From Octopus bimaculoides (Eukaryota): a stretch of 64,000 nt of DNA. The stretch is taken from assembly GCF_001194135.2 (NCBI RefSeq), contig NC_068998.1, positions 13,071,133 to 13,135,132 of the forward strand, given 5' to 3'. The first letter of the stretch is position 1. Every line of letters starts with the position of its first letter. Below the pieces are notes generated by a model. It saw only the letters and a list, made by a program, of their open reading frames with translations. It was not told where the DNA came from and did no database searches. Positions 26,427 to 38,537 of the stretch are shown in pieces. A program made the translations under genes and the position numbers.

Positions 26427-27117
26427 ATAATAATAATAATGATGATGTATTCTTTATTAACCACCAAGGGTTAAAAAAAACAGAGAATGTTACAGGACGA
26501 TAGAGTGTGGGATTACAAAAAAAAAAAATAAACATTAAGTTTAATAAAATCAGTACAAAAAAATATTGGCATAAATTAAGATATGACAAAAAAAAAAGAA
26601 CAAAAGTAGCATTTTTGCATTAAAAAAAAATGAAGAAAAGGTTTTTCTTGCAATGAGAGGAAAGCAATGAGTTTCTTCAAATGAAAACAACCCAATTAAT
26701 TTCTCATAACGAAGGGAAAAAAACAATCAATTTCTTAAAATTAAGGAAAAACCAGGAATTTCTTACAATGACAAACATAAATAAATAAATAAATGAATAA
26801 ATAAATGAAGGAATTCCTAAGGAAGAAAGAAAGAGAATTTCATAAAATGATGGTAAAACCATAATAGAAAATTTATAAAATTTTCTCAAAATAAATTCTT
26901 AAAAAAATAAAGCAAAAAAAAAAAAGATTTTTTTTTCAACATGAATACAATGTGTCTGGAAATTTCAACATTTGTAAACATGATATTTATTGTGTTCCCC
27001 ATGACCTGAATATCAAACATTAAAATTAAGTGTGCCAACAGCCATCCATACATACAGGCATGCCCTTTATGGTCATTGCCTCCTCTCTCTTTCCCAAGTT
27101 CCGTGTAAAATCCTTTG

Positions 27118-27290
27118 TACCATAGGCACAAGGCCTGAAATTTGGTGGGAGGGGGCTAGTCAATTACATCGACCCCCAGTATTTCCCTGATACTTGATTC
27201 ATGACCCCGAAAAGATGAATTTGAACTCAGAATGTAGTGGCAGAAACAATACAGATAAGCATTTCACTGGTGTGCCAACAATTCTGCCAG
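27118..27290 (-). mobile_element. SINE family A, internally deleted
   Basis: Reverse match to family A. Confidence 0.75.
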
Positions 27291-27439
27291 GTGCACATGA
27301 ACGTACTTGTAGCATTTGACGTGGTTAGAAATAATTTTAGCCACCTTTGATGAGGCTAAATATTTAGCAGAAGCAACCAAATGACTCAAGGTCTGAGAGT
27401 TTCATGCTTGGTACTTATCTCACCCAGCTATTCTGATTA

Positions 27440-27700
27440 TATGTCTGTGCACACGTTTGAATGTGGTGTGTGCCAGAGGGTTTGCAAATCCAATGGGGGT
27501 CTTAAAAGACATGTTAGGATCCACAATGAGCAGAACTTACTTGCAGGTATTGGTAGTGCAAATCAGAGGTGCAATCTGTGTGGGTGCTTTTTTTTCAAAA
27601 CACTGTCTGGTTTAAAAAGCCACATCAGACGCCATGAAAGGGCTAAGGTGTAGGTGCAGGAGGTGGTCAAACTCTGTTTAAGGAGTAGACAACCACCATA
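27440..27700 (+). mobile_element. Probable LINE 3' end (RTE-like) encoding two C2H2 zinc fingers
   Basis: CGVCQRVCKSNGGLKRHVRIH and CNLCGCFFFKTLSGLKSHIRRH, stop at 27653, a short UTR, then (TA)n. No TGEKP linker. Confidence 0.5.
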
Positions 27701-27714
27701 TATATATATATATA

Positions 27715-28095
27715 GTGGAGGCGCAATGGCCCAGTGGTTAGGGTTGCAGACTCGCGGACATAGGATCGCAATTTCGATTCCCAGACCAGGCGTTGTGAGT
27801 GTTTATTGAGCGAAAACACCTAAAGCTTCACGAGGCTCCGGCAGTGGGTGGTGGCGAACCCTGCCCTACTCTTTCACCACAACTTTCTCTCACTCTTGCT
27901 TCCTGTTTCTGTTGTGCCTGTATTTCAACGAGCCAGCCTTGTCACACTGTGTCACGCTGAATATCCCCGAGAACTACGTTAAGGGTACACATGTCTGTGG
28001 AGTGCTCAGCCACTTGCACGTTAATTTCACGTGCAGGCTGTTCCATTGATCGGATCAACTGGAACCCTCGACGTCGTAAGCGACGAGTGCCAACA
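27715..28095 (+). mobile_element. SINE family C, full length
   Basis: Colinear with the 23024 copy; inserted in (TA)n. Confidence 0.9.
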
Positions 28096-28097
28096 GC

Positions 28098-28160
<63 letters not shown>

Positions 28161-28306
28161 TTTTATATAATATATTGTTATTAATATCAGGAAATCAATA
28201 TTAGAAAATTCTTCAGAAAGATATATACATATGTATATATATTTATACACACACCACACACAATGGTCTTCTTTCATTTTCCACCAATCAAATCCACTCG
28301 CAATAT

Positions 28307-28523
28307 ATTCTTTTCTACTCTAGGCACAAGGCCTGAAATTTTGGGGAAGGGGACCAGTTGATTAAATCAACCCCAGTATGCAACTGGTATTTAATTTATC
28401 GGCCCCGTAAGAATGAAAGGCAAAGTCGGCCTCAACAGAATTTGAACTCAGAATGTAAAGACAGACGAAATACCGCTAAGCATTTTGCCTGGTGTGCTAA
28501 CGTTTCTGCCAGCTCGCCGCCTT
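28307..28523 (-). mobile_element. SINE family A
   Basis: Close reverse match to 55790-56005. Confidence 0.9.
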
Positions 28524-29254
28524 CCACTCACAATATATTGATTGGCTCGGGCCATAGTAGAAGTCCTAGTGTTGTATTGTATGACTACAAAAAACTTCCA
28601 TTTTTACCTTTTTCCTTTTTTTTTTTCTTTTTCTCCTCGAAATAAATCAGCTTACCCTCATTCCAACCTTGTCTTTCGTAGATGGTCCTGATCCCATTTT
28701 TATTTTCAAGCATCATCAAAGAATGATTATGACAGATGAGCATAATGATATTATGAGACTATTGATGAAAATACAAAAAAACAAACAAACAAACAAAAAA
28801 ACATAAAAAACAAAAAGACATAACAAAACGAAAAACAAACAAACAAAGCAACAAAGAAACAACGAAAAAGAGATGAAAAAAAATCACCACAAAAAACCCC
28901 AAAACGACCATTGTTCTTTCCTCCCACTTGATCGATATAAATACAAACTCACGGTACATGTCATAATAGCTGTAATAATGATGTTAGCCACACGTACAAA
29001 TATATTGCTTATAAGAACATCCTGAGTTATATAATCATCTCAAATGGCAGATGATAATTTGACAGATGATATATTGTGTAATGTATTAGGGGTAGGGGTT
29101 AGGAAAGGGTGAAAGAATGATCTTATGATATACTACGTTGTATGTTATTACATGCTATCATCATAAATGTCAGGATATGGATATTAATTATAGATTATGT
29201 GGTATGATGCACAACCACTGCAAACAAGGGTTCAGGGACTTGCTGATCGAAAAA

Positions 29255-29450
29255 ATATCCAGAGGTAAAGCAGTACGATCGTTTCATGCAACTCCATTTA
29301 ATTGAACAAGGTAATCATTACATCAATTTAAAAATGCAGAGCATTTTAAAATGCAGAGGATTGCTCTGCATTTTTAAATTGATGTAATGATTACATTGTT
29401 CAATTAAATGGAGTTGCATGGAACGATCGTACTGCTTTACCTCTGGATAT
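29255..29450. repeat. Foldback palindrome, 89-bp arms, 18-nt spacer
   Basis: Arms at 29255-29343 and 29362-29450 differ at 2 positions. Confidence 0.95.
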
Positions 29451-29480
29451 CCTTGTTGCTTATTTTGATTTTATACATAT

Positions 29481-29544
<64 letters not shown>

Positions 29545-30289
29545 AAACAAATCTCAAAGCAAAATAAACATAGGGATATGTTGAAAGTTAACTAGTTATT
29601 TGTAATATAGTCATATTATTGATAATGTAAAACATATTCTCTTGTATTAACTTTCACTTTATGATCTGCTTTTGTTTTTATTTCGGTTATGTTATGCTTA
29701 TTATATATCAAAGCCCTTTGTTGTTAGACTTACGACATGGTCATCGATACTCATCTCCGCTGTATTGCAATGTATGCATTTGAAACAGTTGATCTGGCTG
29801 ACTTTATCGTGATGTAACTAATAGATATTTATCGTATACTATAAACAGACCCAGTTGTCTGACCTTTTATAATCAAGGAAACTTCAACCAATGGATAATC
29901 AGCAGGGTTGTAATAGTTGTTGCTGCTGTTGTTGTTGTTGTTGTTGGTGGTGGTTTAGATGGTGGTGTTGATGATGAGGCTTGGATGGGCGTCGGTTCGG
30001 AAGAAATAAATGAGAACTTGTGATGTTCATGCTTTTCTCAGGGGCAAATAAATTGATTTTTTTCGTTCAACTAAAACACACCTCTGCTTCTATAAGCTAG
30101 TTCATTGTGTCTCACGGCAACAAAAGCCTTCACAAAACTACTCTCTCTCCTCATCTCATTACCTGTACTGTGTCTCATATCCAACATCCCCACAGCAATT
30201 CTTTCCTCCCCACAACATCATCCCTTTAAAATTCCTTTCCTATTTATGATGCTGTTACTACTGTTGCTGTCATTCTTGTTTAGTTCCAT

Positions 30290-30735
30290 GTGAATCTGCC
30301 CAAACAGAGCTTTGATCAAGGGATTTATAGCCATACTGCAGTGGTTCCCAGTTGGTAACCAACCACTGCTGTAGAACGTAAGCTCCAGGTCAGGTCTCCC
30401 ATACTGGACAGGTCAAAGGATAGAGGCCAGACTTATATGGACCAACTCTTTCCAGGGGGTAAAAATGGGTTTGTGTCAGACTAACATTCCTACCTAAAAA
30501 AAGACAAAAAGAAAAGTTGGAGAAGCATCAATGATAGTTCGAAATTAATAAGACCTGGGAGAGGAAGGCCTTCACTCAGTGTGACATATGAGGTGGAAAA
30601 CATGAGGTAAAGCTGAAAAAGTAGGGATTCAATTGGAAAGGAGCAAAAAAGACATCTCAGAGTCAAGAACAGTGAAGAAAAATCGTAGGTGGCCAATGCT
30701 TCTAAGGGAATGAAGAACTTTAAATAAGTAAGAAT
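30290..30735 (+). mobile_element. Internally deleted RTE-like element (5' UTR-like part joined to the 3' end)
   Basis: ggtcaaaggatagaggccagac 5' motif, then decayed GRPS..EVENMR..W-type C-terminal residues ending in taagtaag. Confidence 0.45.
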
Positions 30736-32146
30736 GTACATGTGTCTGTGGGGCTAATTTAATGAGCAGGTGGATTCACTTTTTGAACAACAAAATACTC
30801 AAAATCAAAGCTAAGAGAAACTCATTTACTCTATCCATCTTATGGTAACAAAATAAATGATCTGCTATTTATACTACATAAGTGGGACCCATGGAAATTC
30901 CACAGAACAGAAAGAAAGATTAATGAAAGCTATTTAAGAGAGAAAGGGGTTGGCCTTGTTATACATCTTTCTCTACTTCTTCCTCATTTCTTTCTTCTCT
31001 ACTCACATTCCTCCACCCTCTCTCTTTCTCACCTTTACTGCACCTCTCACTCACTCTACTTCCACTGCCACTCTCACTCGCTCCACCTCTCTAACTAACT
31101 AATATATTACAGGTGGACGAACAAGCCGATTATTATATAGATTATTTTGCTGTTAACCATTGATGATATCTGACCAGGTAGGCCAGTAAGGAAGGCTTTA
31201 TGACTGTCTAGAAATAGTGACAAAGTTTTCCTCGAATCTCATCTTTTATCTTTTACTTGTTTCAGTCATTAGACCTTGGCCATGCTGGGGCACCAGCATA
31301 AGTGTTCAGTCAACCAAATCAACCTCAATATTTATATTCAAGTCTGGTATTTATTCTTTTTGTCTCTTTTGTCAAATTGGCATGTTACAGGGATGTAAGC
31401 AAACGAATACTTGTTGTCAAGCATTGCAAGGGGTGGGAGATTGGTGTTGGGGGGGGGTCTCCTAACACAAGCAGAAAGACACACATGCATATGTGTGTGT
31501 ATGTGTGTTTGTGTGTGTGTGTGTGTGTGTGTAAGTACTGGGGTAAATTTATTCAACCAAAATCCTTCTAGACAGTACTCCAGTATGGCCGCAGTCCAGT
31601 GACTGAAACAAGTCAAGGACAAAAGAAATGAAATCTTCCTCAAATCCCACCCCACACCACTGCACCCCACCTAACATCTTCGATGAAAAGAACATATCGG
31701 TCAGTATAATCCAAGATACATAATTTGAAAACTTACAAAAAAAAACAAAAAACAAGACATGATGGTCAAGGTTAGAAGGCTTTTGATCATAGCCCTACCT
31801 GATCAGAACAGAACAGAGGGTAATCAACCACACCAAATATCTACTCAACTGTACACACACCATCTGCTACTGACCCATCACTTTTAGATTATGTGATGGA
31901 AGCAATTTAGCAGCAGCAAGACCAACAGTCCATAGCATATACCCAGTGGCCATTAACTACTTACGAACCTTCATACATGTCAAGAGGTCATTGTTCGCTT
32001 GCTATGGGAGTTGGCTATCTTTTCTTATTTTCTCTGAAAATCATAAAGTACATAACAAAATTACTCCTCGCCACCAACCTCTGCCGCCCCTCCATCTTCA
32101 ATTTTCATACACAATATTCGTTGTTTAATCTTTCCCTTTATCTCTT

Positions 32147-32149
<3 letters not shown>

Positions 32150-32190
<41 letters not shown>

Positions 32191-32635
32191 NNNNNNNNNN
32201 CTCTCTCTCTCTCTAACTCTCTTTCTCTCTCTCTCTGACTCTCTTTCACTCTCTCCCCCTCTGACTCTCTTTCTCTCTCTCAATGACTCTCTCTCTCTCT
32301 CTCCCTCTGACTCTCTTTCTCTCTCTGACTCTTTCTGTCTCCCTTTCTGACTCTTTCTATCCCTCTCTACCTCTCTCTGCCTCCTTCTCTCTTCCTCCCC
32401 CTCTGACTCTCTCTCTCTCTCTCCCTCTGACTCTCTCTCTCTCTGACTCTTTCTCTCTCCCTCTCTGACTCTCTTTCTATCCCTCTCTGCCTTCTTCTCT
32501 CTTCCTCCCCCTCTGACTCATTCTCTCTCTCACTGACTCTTTCTCTCTCCTCCTCTGACTCTCTTTCTCTCTCTCTGTCTGACTCTCTTCCTCTCTCCCC
32601 CTCTGACTCTCTTTCTCTCTCTCCCTTTCTTCCTC
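32150..32635. repeat. Compound (CT)n satellite with a recurring ctgactctct unit
   Basis: Seen directly in the sequence. Confidence 0.9.
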
Positions 32636-34178
32636 TTTGTAGCTTCAGTCAACTCCTTGATTCATTATTTCAACTGTTCACCACCACTTTGTTCATCTGA
32701 AACTCAATGACTCCCTTATGAATTGCAATACACATCATTTACAGAGCATCGATTATCCTGTTTTTCCACGGAAGTCTATATGCTGTAGAAATATCCTATT
32801 TAGCACTGCTGCTGCTGCTGCTGCTGCTGTTGTTTTCTTAAATTATTATTGTTGTTGATGATGTGGCAATGGTTACAAATATAATAAAAAATTGCTTAGC
32901 TTTATAAGGTGTTCCTTGAACAAAGAAAATGAAAGAATAATGATGCTGTCAAACTATTTGATACGTTCAGTATGTTTTATTGCTTCCTACATAATCAAAC
33001 AAAACTAAAAGAAAAAATTATTTAAAAAATTATAAAAGAAAATTATAAAATCCTTTGTTTCTTTTTAAAACTTTTGTTTCTCTTATGCTAACAAGGTTGG
33101 ACTGATCTTCAAATTTAAGACTTAAGAAGCATTCAATTAAATTTGTGTAACTACATATTTAACTGTATGTACACAGTGTCAATTTGTTTAGACAGTTAAT
33201 ATCTTGCACTTAAAATGTCTTCTTCATATTCTGAGAGAGAAAATAAAATAAAAACCGTTTTTTTCAGATTTTTTTTTCTATTTTTCTCCATTAATCCTAC
33301 AACTGCAATTAGAGTAGTTGAAGAAAATTGAAAGAATATATTTGTAATGAATGACATAGAACTGAATCCAGTGTTTCTTGGCATAAAAGAACCAATTAAA
33401 AATTGATATTTCTAACACAGGTGCAAGTAAACCCCCACTATATTTTGGGAGAGAGATGGGGGAGGGAATGAGATAGTTAAGCATCACAGTGGCTGTGGGG
33501 ATGCTGGCAATTTGGCATCGCTGATGAGACATTGAACCTGTTTTGGTGACAGTATTTTTTGGCACTGGAGGTAAATACACACACACATACACACAAACAG
33601 AGGTGACAGAAATATAGATATGCAGATTGATAGAGAGATAAATAGAGAGATAGATAGATATGTTTCTTTATTAGCCACACAGGGCTGAACATAAAGGGGA
33701 CAAGTTACAAAGTAGAGCTTTTCTTTTGGGGGAGGAGAAGGAAGGAAAACAAAAAAAAGGGGGTAGATTTTCGATCAAAAGGAATCGTAAAAAAAAAAAA
33801 AAAAACGATCAATAGGGATTGTGTATCACAGAAATGTCATGATGTAAAGTGTAGAGGGGGAAACAGATTAGGTTTATCTGTGGGAAGGAAAGCCTATGGA
33901 AAAGACCACGGTAACCTTGGCCAATAATGTCACAGAAAAACACATTAGAATAAGTGGCCACGACAATGACTTCACTTGCCTCAACAGGTCTTCGCAAGCA
34001 CAGTTTATTGCCCAATGATCGAAGGATGTTAAATGATGATGATGATACATATACATTACACATACACACATATAGAGGGAGAGAGAGAGAGCGAGGGGTT
34101 TATAACTCAAATGATAAAATCCACCCAGTAAAAGTCTTGGCAAGGCTATACTTCACTGAAGAGCTCCAATAAGGACCA

Positions 34179-34222
<44 letters not shown>

Positions 34223-34506
34223 GTGTGTGTGTGCCATCACCATGTTTATTAAAGATCTGCAACTAGTTGTTTATATTTAATGTTTAATTAATTTTAACGA
34301 ACTCAAATTTCAGAATTGAATCTTTCTGCTTTCTTTGACCAGAATTAATCATGAAAAATATGTCTCAGTGGATTTTCTCTGACCCATGCAAACATAAAAA
34401 ACAAAAAAACAAAAAAAAACAAACATTTAAAGATGATACCAGCAGCAGTAGTAGCAGTTGCAGTAAAAGTAACAATGAGTAATAAGATGATGATGATGAA
34501 TGATGA

Positions 34507-34537
<31 letters not shown>

Positions 34538-34919
34538 GGATGAGGAGGATGATTATGCTGGCAATGATGATGATGACAATAATGATAATGATGATGATAG
34601 TAATTACACTGGTGATGATAATGATGATGGTGATGAAGAAGAAGAAAAAGAAGATGATGATGATGATAAAGCATCAATAGTGACTAAAGTAAAGCAAAGT
34701 CACGAGTATTGCTTTTGGTTACAAACTGAAACAAAGACAAATAATTTACAAATCTGCAGATTTTTTCCAGATTAGTTATCTCTGAGAGTCATCAGCATTG
34801 ATTAGAATAATTTAACTAATTTATGCTGTCTTTTTTTTTTTTTTCTATTTGCATTTTTTTTTATCCATTTTCTATCTCCAACCATACCATTCTACCCCTG
34901 CCAAATAAAAATTAAAAAA

Positions 34920-34954
<35 letters not shown>

Positions 34955-35119
34955 TTCATACAACTCTAATTCTAGTGAGTGTTTATATAACTGCCAGGCT
35001 TAAAATAAATACAAAAGCAACAAGAATAACAACGAAACCAACAGAAAAAAAAACAATCAACTATAATTTTAAACATTCTCTGATCATTCTCTGGTGATTT
35101 TAATAATTTTACATAATAG

Positions 35120-35199
35120 CACTATCCATCTTGCTTGAATTTACTGTCTTCTCTAAATATTGTGAAATCTCAACAGAAATTTTAGATTTAAGAAAACAG
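35120..35199 (+). CDS. Candidate exon 4 (A-LSILLEFTVFSKYCEISTEILDLRKQ, phase 1 to 0)
   Basis: Acceptor ttttacataatag|, donor AAACAG|gtatca. The phase matches the flanking candidate exons. Confidence 0.55.
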
Positions 35200-36583
35200 G
35201 TATCATATCTCTAAAATATTTCTGCTGTCACCTTTTAACCCCTATTGCAATAAATAAACAAAATGCTATTCACGGAAAAAGTGGGCAGAGATTAGCTGCT
35301 ACAAAATGCCCATCAAGTGCTGGTCTGGTGTTGTTTTTACTGTTGATGTTGAAGTTGGTGTTGTTTTGCTTCAGGTTTGATGCAGAGGCTTAATCTCTGA
35401 AGCAACGTTTAATTCCACTATCACCAAGCTCTTCACATGCCTTTAGGAGAGAGAAGTCGATTGGGAGAATTATTGGAGCATAGGACATATCTTTTATCGT
35501 TTACTTGTTTCAGTCATTAGACTATGGCCCTGCTGGAGCACCACTTTGAAGAATTTCAGTTGAACAAATCAACCTCAGTACTTATTAGTTTTCCTTTTTG
35601 AGCTTGGTACTTGTTTATTTTGGTCTATTTTGCTGAATCCCTAAATTATGAGGGCATAAACATACCAACACAGGTTGTTAAGCAGTGGGGGGGGGGCGCA
35701 AATACAGACACACACACAGACACACAGACACATACACACAGACACATACTCACACACACACAGAGTCACACTGAGTTCCTGTATAAGTGATCCTGTCTTT
35801 ATGGACAGTTTCATTTTGTATAGGGCAGAATTGCCTTTTATCTGTTAGCCAGGAAGGAAAACAGTCTTCATAACCCTTTACGAGGCCTTTCAGTTTGGTG
35901 AGAGGAAGAGAAGAAGGTATCCTCAAACTCAATACCTGGCCTCGATGCTTGCAACAGACTGGACCCTACTAAATACTTCCAATGTACTAGGTGATGGTGT
36001 TAAACTAGGTGATAGATAAAGTCCACCACCCAAGTAAACCATGGTGGGATTTGAACTCTGAGCACAAAGAGCAGGAACAAGTACCACAAGGCATCTGATC
36101 TGGTGTTCTTATAGTTCTGCCTGGCACTTAATTCCATTGGTTCTTTTTCCAGACTGCTAAGTAATGGAGATGTAAACAAACCAGCACGGATTGCCAAATA
36201 GTGATGTGGAAGGCAAACACAGACACACCACACAGACTACATACACACATTCGATGGGCTTCCACACAGTTATTGGCTACCGAATTCGCTCACATGTTAT
36301 TGAGTGGCCTGGTGCTATTATAGAAGAAATGGGCCCATGGTATCATGCAGTGGAATTGAACCTAAAGCCACATGGTTACAAAGCAGGCTTATTAATTGTC
36401 CCTATATTAGTTTGCATCCCAACCACATGCTTTTAGGGTCAGTCCTAGAGGGTGGCTACTTGGCCAAATTGCTTTTATTATAGCCCTAGGCTATCATAGA
36501 AGCCTTGTGCATGGATCTGATAGACAAAAGCTAAAAGAAATTCATTGTGTATATATATATATACATATATATATTATGTATAG

Positions 36584-36747
36584 GCACAGATGTGACTGTA
36601 TGGTAAGAAGCTTGCTTCCTAACCACATGGTTCTGGGTTCAGTCCAACTGTTTGGCACCTTGGGTTTGGGCAAGTATCTTCTATAGCCTCGGGCTGATCA
36701 AAGCCTTGTGAGTGGATTTGGTAGACAGAAACTGAAAGGAACCTGTC

Positions 36748-36750
<3 letters not shown>
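36584..36750 (+). mobile_element. SINE family B head
   Basis: Matches the 23875 head; runs into (TA)n. Confidence 0.8.
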
Positions 36751-36807
<57 letters not shown>

Positions 36808-38537
36808 TGGTGTATGTTTGTGTGTGTCTGTGTTTGTGTGTGTTCTAGTCTTGTCACTGCATGGGGGTTGTAAATGAGTGTCACTGCCATACAAGCAGTG
36901 TCATCTATTTCCAATAATCTGCAAAAAATTGCCTGGCCATGGGGGGAAATATTACCTTTCTTGGAAACAGATAAGGGTTGGCACCAGGAAAACACCATCC
37001 AGGCATAGGAAAAAATCTGTCTCGGAAAACTGTCTGACCCATGCAAGTACAGAACAGTGGAAGTCAAAAAGATGACAACGATGATGATGGTGATGATGAT
37101 AAAGCAAGGGGGATAAAAATAATTATACTTCAAGAGCATGGAAGCAAATTTGATTTTTTTCTATTATATCTTTCATCACAATCTTGTCTCAAGTTGGCCA
37201 AAATTTATACATTTAAAACGTAAGGAACCAGCTATTTTCTTTCCATATATATATATATATACCTTTGATTATTTGCTATTATACATATATTTGTCTACCT
37301 CTAAGTACTTTAGTTTTTGTGAAATGTGCAAGATTTCCGACAATTCAAATGAATACAAAGCTCAAGTGGAAAGTGGCCAGCCAACGGCTCTGATTCCAAA
37401 CTCAATAATCTAGCTCTTTCTCTCTCTCCCTCTCATATATATACATATATACAAATGTGTATATATANNNNNNNNNNNNNNNNNNNNNNNNNNNNNNNNN
37501 NNNNNNNNNNNNNNNNNNNNNNNNNNNNNNNNNNNNNNNNNNNNNNNNNNNNNNNNNNNNNNNNNNNNNNNNNNNNNNNNNNNNNNNNNNNNNNNNNNNN
37601 NNNNNNNNNNNNNNNNNNNNNNNNNNNNNNNNNNNNNNNNNNNNNNNNNNNNNNNNNNNNNNNNNNNNNNNNNNNNNNNNNNNNNNNNNNNNNNNNNNNN
37701 NNNNNNNNNNNNNNNNNNNNNNNNNNNNNNNNNNNNNNNNNNNNNNNNNNNNNNNNNNNNNNNNNNNNNNNNNNNNNNNNNNNNNNNNNNNNNNNNNNNN
37801 NNNNNNNNNNNNNNNNNNNNNNNNNNNNNNNNNNNNNNNNNNNNNNNNNNNNNNNNNNNNNNNNNNNNNNNNNNNNNNNNNNNNNNNNNNNNNNNNNNNN
37901 NNNNNNNNNNNNNNNNNNNNNNNNNNNNNNNNNNNNNNNNNNNNNNNNNNNNNNNNNNNNNNNNNNNNNNNNNNNNNNNNNNNNNNNNNNNNNNNNNNNN
38001 NNNNNNNNNNNNNNNNNNNTGTGGAGTGTGGGAATTGGGTGCGCATGCTAGTATTTGTAGACCTAGTGGACAATCGAGAGACGGGGAAAAGAGAGATCTA
38101 GAGGGACAGTGATGATCGAGAGAGGCAGAGTGAAGCAGATATCAAAAGAGACACAGTAAGCAGAGGGGGGGGGGGCGGTTAGGCCGATGCACGAGGGAGA
38201 ATAGTTAGAGAGATATTTTGGGGATTTCTGTCGCGTAGACACAGTAAATATTGAATGGTAGAAATAGAAATAGTATTGAGAAATAAGGGCTTTTCGGCCA
38301 GCTAAGTCTACGACAGAATTGTAGAAATAGGTGACTATGTAGGAAATAAAAACTGAAAAACTTGAATAAATGATTGGGTTTGACGGTATCGTTAAGGACA
38401 ACTGAAAATGAATTTGAGCACTAAATAAGATATTATGGTCAGGGCAAAATACATAGAAAAGTACATGCTTAGGCAAGAAAGTCAGGGCTTAGCTCGACAT
38501 AGTTCTGTAGTCGTATTGATTCGTCAAAGTTTCTATA

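Noticed and set aside
28655-28720. Minus-strand donor (gtaagc) ending MGSGPSTKDKVGMR, and a plus-strand acceptor at 28681
   Set aside because: No partner exon was found on the minus strand, and the plus-strand reading has no donor before simple repeats.
32643-32775. Open frame FSQLLDSLFSTVHHHFVHLKLNDSLMNC after a pyrimidine tract
   Set aside because: The tract is a CT satellite, the donor is poor, and the phase does not fit the exon chain.
38063-38476. 137-aa minus-strand ORF with a YCVSFDI motif
   Set aside because: Only faint resemblance to a decayed retroelement RT motif, with no convincing family or splice signals.
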